A DNA stretch of 64,000 nucleotides, taken from contig QZKJ01000118.1 in the NCBI GenBank assembly GCA_003605035.1, forward strand, positions 18,304 through 82,303, written 5' to 3'. The position numbers were made by a program, and so were the translations under genes. Under the pieces are notes generated by a model that had not been told where the DNA came from, ran no database searches, and saw nothing but the letters and a program-made list of their open reading frames with translations. The DNA is from Desulfurivibrio sp. (GTDB lineage Bacteria; Desulfobacterota; Desulfobulbia; Desulfobulbales; SURF-16). Shown here piece by piece: positions 21,298 through 30,578 of the stretch; position 1 is the first letter of the stretch; every line of letters starts with the position of its first letter.

Positions 21298-23556
21298 ATG
21301 GAACAGACAAGTCTTTTCCCCTCAGGCAAGGCCTCCAGCCACCGCTTTTCGTCACGCATCGGCGCAGATGATTTGAATCCCGCCCAGTTTGAAGCCGTCA
21401 GAACCATCAACGGGCCGGTGCTGGTCATTGCCGGGGCCGGCAGCGGCAAGACCCGCACCCTGGTCTACCGGCTGGTCCATCTGGTGGAGCAGGGCATCGA
21501 CCCGGACAATATCCTGCTGCTCACCTTTACCCGCAAGGCAGCCCAGGAGATGCTGAGCCGAGCCTCGACCCTGCTGGATGACACCTGCCGGCGGGTCATG
21601 GGCGGCACCTTCCATGCGGTGGCCAGCCTGCTGCTGCGCCGTTATGGTCATCATGTGGGCTATGCCCCTAATTTCACCATTATTGACCGGGCGGACGCCG
21701 AGGGGATCATCAACCTGCTCAAATCATCCCTTGATCTCTCCGGGGCCGGCAAGCGCTTTCCCTCCAAACGGGTGATCGTCAACATCATCAGCGGCTCGGT
21801 CAACAAATCCCATTCCCTGGAGGAACTGGTCAACAGCCAGTACTTTCATCTGGCGGAATTCATGGATGACCTGCTCCGCATCCGCAAACATTACCAGCAG
21901 TTCAAACGCGATCATGTTCTGATGGATTATGACGATCTGCTGGTCAATTTCCGCGACGTGCTGGCTGAGCAGGAACAGGTCCGCCACGAGATCTCCGCCC
22001 GTTTCCGTTACCTGATGGTGGACGAGTATCAGGATACCAACCGGATTCAGGCGCAGATCGTGCGGCTCATCGCCTCAAGTCATGACAATGTCATGGTGGT
22101 GGGTGACGACAGTCAGTCCATTTACAGTTTTCGCGGCGCTGATTTCCGCAACATCATGGATTTCCCGAAAATTTTCACCGGCGCCAGAATTATCCGGCTG
22201 GAGGAGAATTACCGGAGCAGCCAGAAGATTCTTGAAGCAACCAACGCCATCATCGAGCAGGCCCAGGAGAAATACACCAAAAAGCTGTTCAGCAACATCA
22301 CCACCGGGGAAAAACCGTTGCTCTTTGCCGCCCGGGACGAAGGAGAGCAGGCCAGATACGTGGCCGGCAAGATTGCCGAACTCCATCAGCAGGGCACGCC
22401 CTATCACGAGATGGCGGTGCTGTTCCGCGCCGGGTTCCATTCCTTCAAGCTTGAACTTGAGCTGGCCAGCAGCCAGATCGCCTTTGAAAAGAGGGGCGGG
22501 TTGAAGCTGACGGAAACGGCCCATGTCAAGGATGTCATTTCCTATCTGCGGCTCATTGTCAACCTGCGGGACAATCTGTCCTGGCACCGGGTGCTGCTGC
22601 ATCTGCCCAAGGTCGGCCCGAAAACAGCCCAGAAGATCGTGGCAGAGGTGCGCGAGGCCGGGGACCCGCTGGCGGCCCTGCGCGGCTATCCGACCGCCCC
22701 GGCCTGGAAGAACGAATTCAATGAGCTGGTGCGCATGTTTCATGAACTGGGAGCCATGCATACCCCCCTTGCCCAGTTTGAACGGATCATGGAGTATTAT
22801 CAACCGGTGTTCGAGCGCCTGTACCATGATGATTACCCCAGCCGGGCCCGGGATCTGGAACAGTTCAAGGTGATCATCGGCGATTACCGGACCCTGCAGG
22901 ATTTTCTGGACGACGCCTCCCTTGATCCGCCGGAGCTTACGGCAGACCCTTTTGCCGCGGCGGACAGCCGGACCCTGGTCCTTTCCACCATCCACTCGGC
23001 CAAAGGGCTGGAGTGGGACACGGTTTTCATCATCGATCTGGCGGAGGGCAAGTTCCCCTCGGCCCATGCCATGCCCTTCCCGGATCAGTATGAAGAGGAG
23101 AGGCGCCTGCTCTATGTGGCGGCAACCAGGGCCAAAACCCGTCTTTTCCTCAGCTACCCGCGGGAAACTGTCGCCCCTGACCGCACGCGGCACTACTGCA
23201 CCATTTCTCCCTTTTTGGCGCAACTGCCGGCGGGACTGATCAATCATGTCAAGCCAAAGGGCGGGGGTAGCTCCAGCGGTTATGGCGCGGCTGCCACGCG
23301 CTTTTCCTATCAGGGAAAGCCGGAGCCGGACTTTTCCTCCCGGAAAACCGCTGAGGCCAGCCGGGCTGAAAATCCGGCAGCCACGGGGAAAATCACCAGT
23401 ACCAGCATACTTTCTCCCGGCATGGAGGTACGCCACGGTTTCTTCGGCCACGGGCAGATCAGAAAGATCAGCGGGGATAAGATTGTGGACGTTTTTTTCC
23501 CCCGCCACGGTCTGAAAACCCTCAGACTTGACTATGCGCAGCTGGAACTTGCCTGA
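21298..23556 (+). CDS. UvrD/PcrA/Rep-family ATP-dependent DNA helicase
   Basis: 752 aa. SF1 motifs AGAGSGKT, DEYQDTN, VGDDSQSIYSFRGA, LEENYRS, TIHSAKGLEWD, YVAATRAK. Confidence 0.92.
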   Translation: MEQTSLFPSGKASSHRFSSRIGADDLNPAQFEAVRTINGPVLVIAGAGSGKTRTLVYRLVHLVEQGIDPDNILLLTFTRKAAQEMLSRASTLLDDTCRRVMGGTFHAVASLLLRRYGHHVGYAPNFTIIDRADAEGIINLLKSSLDLSGAGKRFPSKRVIVNIISGSVNKSHSLEELVNSQYFHLAEFMDDLLRIRKHYQQFKRDHVLMDYDDLLVNFRDVLAEQEQVRHEISARFRYLMVDEYQDTNRIQAQIVRLIASSHDNVMVVGDDSQSIYSFRGADFRNIMDFPKIFTGARIIRLEENYRSSQKILEATNAIIEQAQEKYTKKLFSNITTGEKPLLFAARDEGEQARYVAGKIAELHQQGTPYHEMAVLFRAGFHSFKLELELASSQIAFEKRGGLKLTETAHVKDVISYLRLIVNLRDNLSWHRVLLHLPKVGPKTAQKIVAEVREAGDPLAALRGYPTAPAWKNEFNELVRMFHELGAMHTPLAQFERIMEYYQPVFERLYHDDYPSRARDLEQFKVIIGDYRTLQDFLDDASLDPPELTADPFAAADSRTLVLSTIHSAKGLEWDTVFIIDLAEGKFPSAHAMPFPDQYEEERRLLYVAATRAKTRLFLSYPRETVAPDRTRHYCTISPFLAQLPAGLINHVKPKGGGSSSGYGAAATRFSYQGKPEPDFSSRKTAEASRAENPAATGKITSTSILSPGMEVRHGFFGHGQIRKISGDKIVDVFFPRHGLKTLRLDYAQLELA

Positions 23557-23638
23557 AATATTAAATAAAATTAATAAATGTCTAATAAACCCCTAACAAT
23601 TCCCGGTTATCTTCCCTGAAAATTCAAGGAGGATTACC

Positions 23639-23854
23639 ATGATCTGTAACTATTTATCGATTTATTCGAGCAGCGAGTTCCACTGGCAGGTTGCCTCATG
23701 TTCCGCCAGAAAGGAAAATTACATCCCGAGCATTGCCGACCTGGAAGGTCTCTGCCGTCAGGACCATTCTCGTTGTCCTTTTTTCGCCTCGACCAGCAAA
23801 CAGGCTGCCGGCAACATGGAGGGGCTTGCTCCCGCTTTCTCTCCCTCCTGCTGA
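23639..23854 (+). CDS. possible small Cys-containing protein (71 aa), unverified
   Basis: ATG at 23639 is preceded by AAGGAGG (23626-23632) at an ideal 6-nt spacing. The ORF lies in an otherwise unassigned 518-bp gap. No recognisable family. Confidence 0.3.
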   Translation: MICNYLSIYSSSEFHWQVASCSARKENYIPSIADLEGLCRQDHSRCPFFASTSKQAAGNMEGLAPAFSPSC

Positions 23855-23912
23855 ACTGGAAGGGGAAGGGCCTGAATTTCCGCACTAAGCTGGAGAAATG
23901 CGCGGAACGGCA

Positions 23913-23962
23913 GGAGCCGTAACGAAATTGAAAAAATGGCCATGTTATTTCGTAACGGCTCC
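23913..23962. repeat. 16-nt inverted repeat (stem-loop) in the uvrD-folC gap
   Basis: GGAGCCGTAACGAAAT (23913-23928) and ATTTCGTAACGGCTCC (23947-23962) pair at 15 of 16 positions with an 18-nt loop. No T-tract follows. Confidence 0.6.
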
Positions 23963-24074
23963 TAAATGATGGTGACCTGTTGATGCTGTTGCAGGTTGTC
24001 TCCTGTTCTGCTATTTTTAGCGGCTTGATAAACCGGAAATTTTTCTTCCCCCTCTTTTTCGCAGGAAGCATCGT

Positions 24075-25421
24075 ATGCACTATCAGCAGGCCTGGTCCTA
24101 TCTGGACCAGTTGCAGTTCTTCAAGATCAAGCTCGGCCTTGACAGCATGGCCGCCTTTCTTGAAGCCGTCCATCATCCCCAGCGCGATCTGCGCTTTATC
24201 CACGTGGCCGGCACCAACGGCAAGGGCTCCGTCTCCGCCACCCTGCTGGCCCTGTTAAGCGGGGCCGGTTACCGGGTCGGGCTGTACACCTCTCCCCATC
24301 TCTCCTGCGTGCGGGAACGGTTCCGCATCAATGACCGTTTTATCAGCGAGGATGCCTTTGCCGAAACAGCGACCATCATCCGCGACAGCCTCAACGGGCG
24401 GCAGATCACCTATTTTGAATTCACCACCGCCCTGGCCCTGCTCTGGTTTGCCGGACAAAAGGTGGATATCGTCATCCTCGAGGTAGGACTCGGCGGCAGG
24501 CTGGACGCCACCAATGTCATTACCCCGCTGGTCAGCATCATTACCAATGTTTCCATGGACCATGAGGCCCATCTCGGCACCACCCTCGGGCAGATTGCGG
24601 CGGAAAAGGCCGGCATTGTCAAAAACGGTATTCCGGTGGTCTCGGGGGTGGCGGTGGATGACAGCCTGGAGGTGGTCAGCCGCACCTGTCTGGAGAGGCA
24701 GGCGCCGCTGTACTTGCTGGGCCGTGATTTCCAGACAGTCAGACATGCTGACGGCAGCTGGGATTATCTGGGGCCGGGCGGCAGGGTGCGAAATAACCTG
24801 CCCCTGCTGCTGAAAGGGGGCCATCAGTTTGATAATACGGCCGTTGCCCTGGCCGCCCTGGACCTGTTGCAGCCGCACGGCTTTACCGTGACAGAGGAAC
24901 AGATCCGCGCGGGCCTGACCAGGGTGCGCTGGCCGGGGCGGCTGGAATATTTCTGCCTGGACCGCGCCGGCGGCAGGCCTGTCGACTGTCCTGCCGAGCC
25001 TCTGGCGGCGGGGAACAGCGGTCTGCGCCGTTATCTGCTTGACGGGGCCCATAACCCGGCCGGCATTTTATCGCTTACCCGCAGCCTTGAGGCGGATTTT
25101 GTCTACCGCAGGCTGATCTGTGTCTGGGCCAGCATGGCGGATAAGGATATTGCCAGAACCCTGAGTGCCATTGCCCCGTACTGCCAGCGCCTCATCTTTA
25201 CCCGTCCGGAGGCGGAGCGCTCGGCCACCCCGGAACAACTGCGGGACATTCTTCCGGGCTCGCTGCAGGAACGCGCCAGTGCCAGCGCCAGTGTGGCAGA
25301 GGCCCTTGCCCTGGCGGCAGAAGAGGCCGGGCCGGCGGACCTGATCTGCGTGGCTGGCTCTCTCTATCTGGTCGGGGCGGCGCGGAAGATTCTGCTGGGC
25401 GACATGGTCGACGGGCACTGA
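24075..25421 (+). CDS. folC: bifunctional folylpolyglutamate synthase / dihydrofolate synthase
   Basis: 448 aa. Mur-ligase P-loop HVAGTNGKGS, followed by the FolC-type middle and C-terminal domains. Confidence 0.9.
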   Translation: MHYQQAWSYLDQLQFFKIKLGLDSMAAFLEAVHHPQRDLRFIHVAGTNGKGSVSATLLALLSGAGYRVGLYTSPHLSCVRERFRINDRFISEDAFAETATIIRDSLNGRQITYFEFTTALALLWFAGQKVDIVILEVGLGGRLDATNVITPLVSIITNVSMDHEAHLGTTLGQIAAEKAGIVKNGIPVVSGVAVDDSLEVVSRTCLERQAPLYLLGRDFQTVRHADGSWDYLGPGGRVRNNLPLLLKGGHQFDNTAVALAALDLLQPHGFTVTEEQIRAGLTRVRWPGRLEYFCLDRAGGRPVDCPAEPLAAGNSGLRRYLLDGAHNPAGILSLTRSLEADFVYRRLICVWASMADKDIARTLSAIAPYCQRLIFTRPEAERSATPEQLRDILPGSLQERASASASVAEALALAAEEAGPADLICVAGSLYLVGAARKILLGDMVDGH

Positions 25422-25431
25422 GGGGCGGCAG

Positions 25432-25743
25432 ATGGTGAGAGAAGATTACGTTTTTACCGGGGTGGATGAGCAGGTCATCAAAAAAGAAAAGGCCAGGGCC
25501 AGGGAGCTGCGCCGGACCTCCTGGTGGCAAAATAAAATCGCTGCCGGCATCTGCTACTATTGCGGCAGGAAGTTTCCGGCAAAAGAGCTGAGCATGGACC
25601 ATCTGGTTCCCCTGGCCCGGGGAGGCACGAGCAGCAAGGGCAACATCGTGGCCGCCTGCAAGGAGTGCAATACCAGGAAAAAAACGCTGCTGCCGCTGGA
25701 GTGGGAGGAATACATGGCCAGTCTCGACCGGCCCGGGCGCTGA
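25432..25743 (+). CDS. HNH endonuclease-domain protein
   Basis: 103 aa. CYYCGRKF...MDHLVPLARGG...NIVAACKECNTRK, which is the HNH beta-beta-alpha-metal motif. Confidence 0.85.
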   Translation: MVREDYVFTGVDEQVIKKEKARARELRRTSWWQNKIAAGICYYCGRKFPAKELSMDHLVPLARGGTSSKGNIVAACKECNTRKKTLLPLEWEEYMASLDRPGR

Positions 25744-25828
25744 GGCACGGCAGGGCCGCTCTATCCTCTATCCGCGCAACAGCCGGCCCTGGCAGCTCGC
25801 TGCCCGGGCCGGCTGGTCAATCCTGCGT

Positions 25829-26917
25829 TTATCCTCCGAAGCAGATGCCGATTTCCCGGGCGGTCTGCACCTTGTCGCTGTCCAGCGGCACCTTTTTGCG
25901 ACTTTTGATGGCATCGGCCAGGGGAACGGCGCTCATCTGGTCGCCTGCCAGGGCCACCATCTGATCAAAATTCTCTTTTTCGGCCAGACGAACCGCCGTG
26001 GCGCCGAAGCGCAGGGCCAGCAGCCGGTCAAAGGTGGTCGGCGAGCCGCCCCGCTGCAGATGGCCGAGGACCAGGGAGCGGGTGTCCTTGCCCGTCCGCT
26101 TGTTGATCTCCTTAGCCACCCATTCGCCGATGCCTCCCAGCACCTTCTCCGACCGGCCGATCTCGCCGACGCCCTTGTAAATGGTTTCCTGATCAATGGC
26201 CCTTGCCCCTTCCGCCACCACCACGATATCGTAATGCTTGTCCAGCAGCTCGTTGTCATTGATCTTTTCACAGACGATATCAAGATCAAAGGGGATTTCC
26301 GGAATGAGGATGACATCCGCCCCGCCGGAGATGCCGGAATTCAGGGCGATCCAGCCGGAATCACGGCCCATGACCTCAACCACCATCACCCGGTCGTGGG
26401 ATTTGGCGGTGGAGTGGAGTTTGTCCAGGGCCTCGGTGGCGGTGGATACCGCGGTGTCAAAACCAAAGGTCAACTGGGTTGCCAGCAGATCGTTGTCAAT
26501 GGTTTTCGGCACGCCGATGACCGGCATGCCTTTTTCCACGGCAAAGCGATGGGCGATCTCCAGGCTGCCGTCGCCGCCGACCGCAATGTGACAGGAAAAA
26601 TTCATACGCAGGAAATTTCTCATGATCCGGTCGGAAACGTCGCGGATCTGGATCTCGCCGGCCAGGTTTTCAATAGGCATGGCAAAGGGGTTGCCCTTGT
26701 TGGTTGAACCAAGGATCGTTCCTCCGGTAGGGGTGATATCCGCCACATCCTCGGGCCGCAATCGCACCAGTTGGTCCTTGTCCAGCAAACCCAGATAGCC
26801 CTGGCGACTGCCGTAAACCTCCCACCCCCGGGAATTAGACGCCATGACCACTGCATAGATGACCGCATTCAGGCCTGGAGCATCGCCACCACCGGTTGAT
26901 ATAACAATTTTTTTCAT
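25829..26917 (-). CDS. pfkA: ATP-dependent 6-phosphofructokinase
   Basis: 362 aa. STGGGDAPGLNAVI, GGDGS, VPKTIDND, VEVMGRDSG. Confidence 0.9.
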   Translation of the reverse strand: MKKIVISTGGGDAPGLNAVIYAVVMASNSRGWEVYGSRQGYLGLLDKDQLVRLRPEDVADITPTGGTILGSTNKGNPFAMPIENLAGEIQIRDVSDRIMRNFLRMNFSCHIAVGGDGSLEIAHRFAVEKGMPVIGVPKTIDNDLLATQLTFGFDTAVSTATEALDKLHSTAKSHDRVMVVEVMGRDSGWIALNSGISGGADVILIPEIPFDLDIVCEKINDNELLDKHYDIVVVAEGARAIDQETIYKGVGEIGRSEKVLGGIGEWVAKEINKRTGKDTRSLVLGHLQRGGSPTTFDRLLALRFGATAVRLAEKENFDQMVALAGDQMSAVPLADAIKSRKKVPLDSDKVQTAREIGICFGG

Positions 26918-27225
26918 CGCCTATCCCTGATTGAATATTAAGAAAAAAAAATTCCAGCAATTTATTTCTGATTATAGAGGGTTAGATTTCCCCATGCAAA
27001 CAATTGTCACGGTTTTTTTGATTTCAGCGGCTGACCGTCATATTGACTTATACAATTTTATTACTTATTATCTCAATAAACATTACTAAATAGATTTTTT
27101 TGGGATTAAGCGAAATTTTGCGGCGACTTTTCAGTCCGATCGATTAATATGACTTAAAATTTAACCTGAAATTCTCGATTTTTTCATTTTTGATAATTAT
27201 TTTCAATTTTTAGGAGGTTTCAACC

Positions 27226-27555
27226 ATGTTGAATGTTACAGCGCTGGCGATAAAGAATCTCAAAGCGTATCTGGAGCAGAATAATATTGATTCTGCCATC
27301 CGGATTGCCCTGATGCAGGGCGGCTGAGCCGGGCCATCCCTTGGCTTGGCTCTGGATGAGCCGAAAAAGACGGACCAGGTATTTGACCAGGATAATCTGA
27401 AGTTTTTGGTTGAGACCAATCTACTGAACACCTGCGGCAGCATCAAGGTTGATTTTATTGATGCCGGCCCCCGTTCAGGATTTGCCATTTCTTCCAGCAT
27501 GCCGCTGGGCGGCGGTTCCGCCTGCGGATCCTGCGGCAGCAGCTGCGGCACCTGA
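27226..27555 (+). CDS. HesB/IscA-like selenoprotein (in-frame UGA = selenocysteine at 27325-27327)
   Basis: ATG at 27226 has AGGAGG 7 nt upstream. Reading through the TGA at 27325 joins two same-frame segments into 109 aa: MLNVTALAIKNLKAYLEQNNIDSAIRIALMQGG-U-AGPSLGLALDEP...FAISSSMPLGGGSACGSCGSSCGT. The U falls where IscA/HesB proteins carry the cluster-ligand Cys (GGGC-type motif). A SECIS-like hairpin follows directly. Confidence 0.8.
27326..27352 (+). promoter_or_regulatory. SECIS-like stem-loop immediately 3' of the in-frame UGA
   Basis: GAGCCGGGCCA (27326-27336) pairs with TGGCTTGGCTC (27342-27352) over 11 bp, including two G-U pairs. The loop is the 5-nt UCCCU. Confidence 0.6.
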
Positions 27556-27585
27556 GTTCAGTTTCCTGCATGAGTAATACGGAGA

Positions 27586-27614
27586 GCCTCGCCTGTTGGC
27601 GGGGCTTTTTTTTT
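27586..27614 (+). terminator. rho-independent terminator after the selenoprotein gene
   Basis: GCCTCGCC-TGTT-GGCGGGGC forms an 8-bp stem with one G-U pair, followed by nine T residues. Confidence 0.8.
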
Positions 27615-27731
27615 GCCCCTGCCGCTTCGTGAGAAGCGAAGGGAGAAGGGAGAAGGGAGAGCGGGGGCGCTCTTCGCGGACCCGGATTTGCCGGCAGCGT
27701 AAAATCTGCCTGAATCAGGTTGACTGAACTT

Positions 27732-28892
27732 ATGAAAATTCACGAATACCAGGCCAAGGAGCTTTTCCGCCGCTACGCCATCCCGGTGCCGGAGGGCGGC
27801 GTGGCCGCCACGATCGATGAGGCCCTGGCGGTGGCCGATGGCCTGCCTGGCTATCCCCTGGTGGTCAAGGCGCAGATCCATGCCGGCGGCCGGGGCAGGG
27901 GCGGGGGAGTGCAGCTTGTTGCCCGCCGTGAGGAGCTGCGGCAGCGGGCCGGCGCAATCCTCGGCATGACCCTGATCACGCCCCAGACCGGCCCGGAGGG
28001 TCGCCTGGTGCGCAGGGTGCTGGTCGAGCAGGCGGCGGACAGCGGCCGGGAACTCTATCTCTCGCTGCTGGTGGACCGGGACAGCGCCTCAATTGTCATC
28101 ATGGCAGGCGCCGCCGGCGGCATGGATATCGAAAAAACCGCCGCTATCGCGCCGGAGAAAATCAGCAGGGTGCAGGTAAACCCCCTGCAGGGCCTGCAGC
28201 CCCATCATATCCGCCAGGCGTTGTCCGGTCTTGGCCTCACGCCGGACGCCATGAAGCAGTGGCCGGCCCTGCTTGCCGCGCTCTATCGTCTTTTTGTGGA
28301 AAACGACTGTCTGCTTCTCGAAATTAATCCGCTGGTCATTACCGGCGCAGGTTCACCCCTGGCGGTGGACGCCAAGATGGAACTGGATGACAACGCCCTT
28401 TTTCGCCATGCTGATCTGCTGCAATACCGCGATATTCATGAAGATGACCCGCTGGAGGCCAGAGCCAGGGAGGATAACCTCAAGTATATCAGGCTCTCCG
28501 GCAATGTCGGCGTTATGGTGAACGGGGCGGGGCTGGCCATGGCAAGCATGGATATCATTAAAAAAGCCGGGGCCGCGCCTGCCAATTTCCTGGATGTGGG
28601 CGGCGGGGCAAGCGCTGAGATGGTGGAAAAGGGATTTGCGATCATTTCAGGCGATCCCCACGTCAAGGGGATTTTCATTAATATCTTCGGCGGCATTCTG
28701 CGCTGCGACGTCCTGGCCAGCGGTATCGTCGCAGCCGTGAAGAGGTGCGGGGTTGCCGTGCCCCTGCTGATCCGCATGGAGGGCACCAATGTGGAGCAGG
28801 GCCGGCAAATTCTCGCCGACGCCGGGCTGCAGCTGATAACCGCTGCGGATATGGCCGATGCCGCGGCAAAGGTGGCGGAGATGGTGGCATGA
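27732..28892 (+). CDS. sucC: succinyl-CoA synthetase beta subunit (ADP-forming)
   Basis: [13 protein letters not shown]-terminus and an ATP-grasp fold. ATGA overlap with sucD. ATG at 27732 (the track lists TTG at 27720). Confidence 0.93.
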   Translation: MKIHEYQAKELFRRYAIPVPEGGVAATIDEALAVADGLPGYPLVVKAQIHAGGRGRGGGVQLVARREELRQRAGAILGMTLITPQTGPEGRLVRRVLVEQAADSGRELYLSLLVDRDSASIVIMAGAAGGMDIEKTAAIAPEKISRVQVNPLQGLQPHHIRQALSGLGLTPDAMKQWPALLAALYRLFVENDCLLLEINPLVITGAGSPLAVDAKMELDDNALFRHADLLQYRDIHEDDPLEARAREDNLKYIRLSGNVGVMVNGAGLAMASMDIIKKAGAAPANFLDVGGGASAEMVEKGFAIISGDPHVKGIFINIFGGILRCDVLASGIVAAVKRCGVAVPLLIRMEGTNVEQGRQILADAGLQLITAADMADAAAKVAEMVA

Positions 28893-29773
28893 GCATCTTT
28901 GTCGATCACTCCACCCGCCTTGTCGTGCAGGGCATCACCGGCCGGGAAGGCAGGTTTCATAACAGGCAGTGCCGGGACTACGGCACCAGGATCGTGGCCG
29001 GCGTCACTCCGGGCAAGGGGGGAAGCGAGGTGGACGGCATTCCGGTCTTTAACACGGTGCGGTCAGCTCTCGCCCGCACGGAGGCCAATACCAGCCTGAT
29101 TTTCGTGCCCCCGGCCTTTGCCGCGGACGCCATCTGCGAGGCGGCTGATGCCGGGGTGCCGCTCATCATCTGCATCACCGAGGGCATTCCGGTGCATGAC
29201 ATGCTCCGGGTGAAACAGTATCTGCGGCTGACCGGCGCCCGGCTGATCGGCCCCAACTCTCCGGGCATTATCAGTCCTGGCCTCTGCAAGGCAGGCATCA
29301 TGCCCGCTGCGATCCACCTGGCCGGAGGCCCCATCGGCGTGGTCTCCCGCTCCGGCACCCTGACCTATGAGGTGGTGCACCAGCTGACCCGCCAGGGGAT
29401 CGGCCAGACCACCTGCATCGGCATCGGCGGCGATCCGGTGACCGGCACCTCCTTTATTGACTGTCTGGCCGCCTTTGCACAGGATCCCGCCACCAGGGGC
29501 ATGGTCATGGTCGGGGAGATCGGCGGCAAGGCCGAAGAGGAGGCCGCGCTATACGTCCGGCAGCACGTGACAAAACCGGTGGCGGGGTTTATCGCCGGAC
29601 TCACCGCTCCGCCCGGCCGCAGGATGGGCCATGCCGGCGCCATCGTCAGCGGCGGCAGCGGCACGGCCCTGGGGAAGATCGCCGCCATGCGGGAGGGCGG
29701 CATCCAGGTCTGCGAGGATCTGGGCAGACTGGGTGAATTCTGCCGGGAAATCTTCAGCCATGTCCTGGCATGA
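28889..29773 (+). CDS. sucD: succinyl-CoA synthetase alpha subunit
   Basis: [22 protein letters not shown]-terminus and phosphohistidine loop [10 protein letters not shown]. The track start at 28745 lies inside sucC and was rejected. Confidence 0.93.
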   Translation: MSIFVDHSTRLVVQGITGREGRFHNRQCRDYGTRIVAGVTPGKGGSEVDGIPVFNTVRSALARTEANTSLIFVPPAFAADAICEAADAGVPLIICITEGIPVHDMLRVKQYLRLTGARLIGPNSPGIISPGLCKAGIMPAAIHLAGGPIGVVSRSGTLTYEVVHQLTRQGIGQTTCIGIGGDPVTGTSFIDCLAAFAQDPATRGMVMVGEIGGKAEEEAALYVRQHVTKPVAGFIAGLTAPPGRRMGHAGAIVSGGSGTALGKIAAMREGGIQVCEDLGRLGEFCREIFSHVLA

Positions 29774-29931
29774 CAGCCATTTTCGCCTTCAGCTCGGCAA
29801 ACCTGATCGGGCTGCCCGGCCATGACCGCCGGTGTTCACCGCTCGGCCCTGGACAGGTTTTGCAATTTATCTCCATCATTTGCAGCTTGCCAACCAGCCG
29901 GCAATATGCTAAAAAAGGCAATCAAAATCAG

Positions 29932-30020
29932 GCCCGGATGGCGGAACAGGTAGACGCAAGGGACTTAAAATCCCTCGATCCTTAGTGATTGTGCGAGTTC
30001 GATTCTCGCTCCGGGCACCA
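29932..30020 (+). tRNA. tRNA-Leu (anticodon TAA), encoded CCA
   Basis: Acceptor GCCCGGA/TCCGGGC, anticodon stem-loop AGGGA-CTTAAAA-TCCCT, long variable arm, T-arm GCGAG-TTCGATT-CTCGC, discriminator A plus CCA. Confidence 0.93.
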
Positions 30021-30031
30021 AGTAATATCAG

Positions 30032-30066
30032 GGAGTTACAGATTTAAGTCTGATAACTCCTTTTTT
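30032..30066 (+). terminator. rho-independent terminator after tRNA-Leu
   Basis: GGAGTTACAGA / TCTGATAACTCC stem (11 bp with one bulged A), 6-nt loop, then TTTTTT. Confidence 0.75.
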
Positions 30067-30578
30067 ATTCGGGGAAAGAATAGGGAAAGTTATTACACGT
30101 TAAAGTGTACTAATTTTAAATTTTTGCCGTCATGCAACCGGCAGCGGCCATTTGCCATAGCCGGGCATTGGCAGGATGTTCCCCGGCGGGTTTGGCCACC
30201 AACTCCGGTAGTTGAATTATTCAGCAGAAGATAATCTTTGTTGATTATCGCATCCTAACTTTAAGCCCATGCCGCAGCTCATCATATTGCCTCATTTTTC
30301 GAGGGACTGACGAAGAGCGGCAGAGATGAGTGGGGTAAATGCCTGGTGTGGAAGACAGCCGACCAGCCTATGATAACTTCCTGATTTGTCGAGATGAAAT
30401 TTCGCTTGCCCGGATTTTTTATGTAGGTGTCAATTTCCAGGATGTGGTATATTCTGCCCAAACAGCCTTTTCCCAATTCCCGGGAACCAAGCAGCGGTTA
30501 CGGGAAAAAATAGTTCCAAAAACATTTAATTTTCTCAGGTTATCCCAACTCCCCGGAACGTTGAGCTAGCCGCAAAGG

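Noticed and set aside
27043-27071. Possible sigma70 promoter TTGACT-N17-TATTAT in the AT-rich pfkA/selenoprotein divergent region.
   Set aside because: In DNA this AT-rich, hexamer matches arise by chance. It is left uncalled without transcription-start data.
27210-27551. 113-aa minus-strand ORF covering the selenoprotein locus.
   Set aside because: It has no SD and no recognisable family. The plus strand gives a coherent IscA/HesB-like protein once the TGA is read as Sec.
28745-28888. Extended N-termini offered by the ORF track: sucD from 28745, polX from 47243, radical SAM from 59762, ferritin-like from 51852, yceD from 1514, fabG from 7606.
   Set aside because: The extensions overlap upstream genes or promoters and are compositionally aberrant. 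Internal starts have SD sequences and reproduce canonical N-termini.
29932-30578. Genomic island integrated at tRNA-Leu.
   Set aside because: There is no integrase, no duplicated tRNA 3' end and no cargo genes. Only an AT-rich spacer follows before a housekeeping-type PFK.
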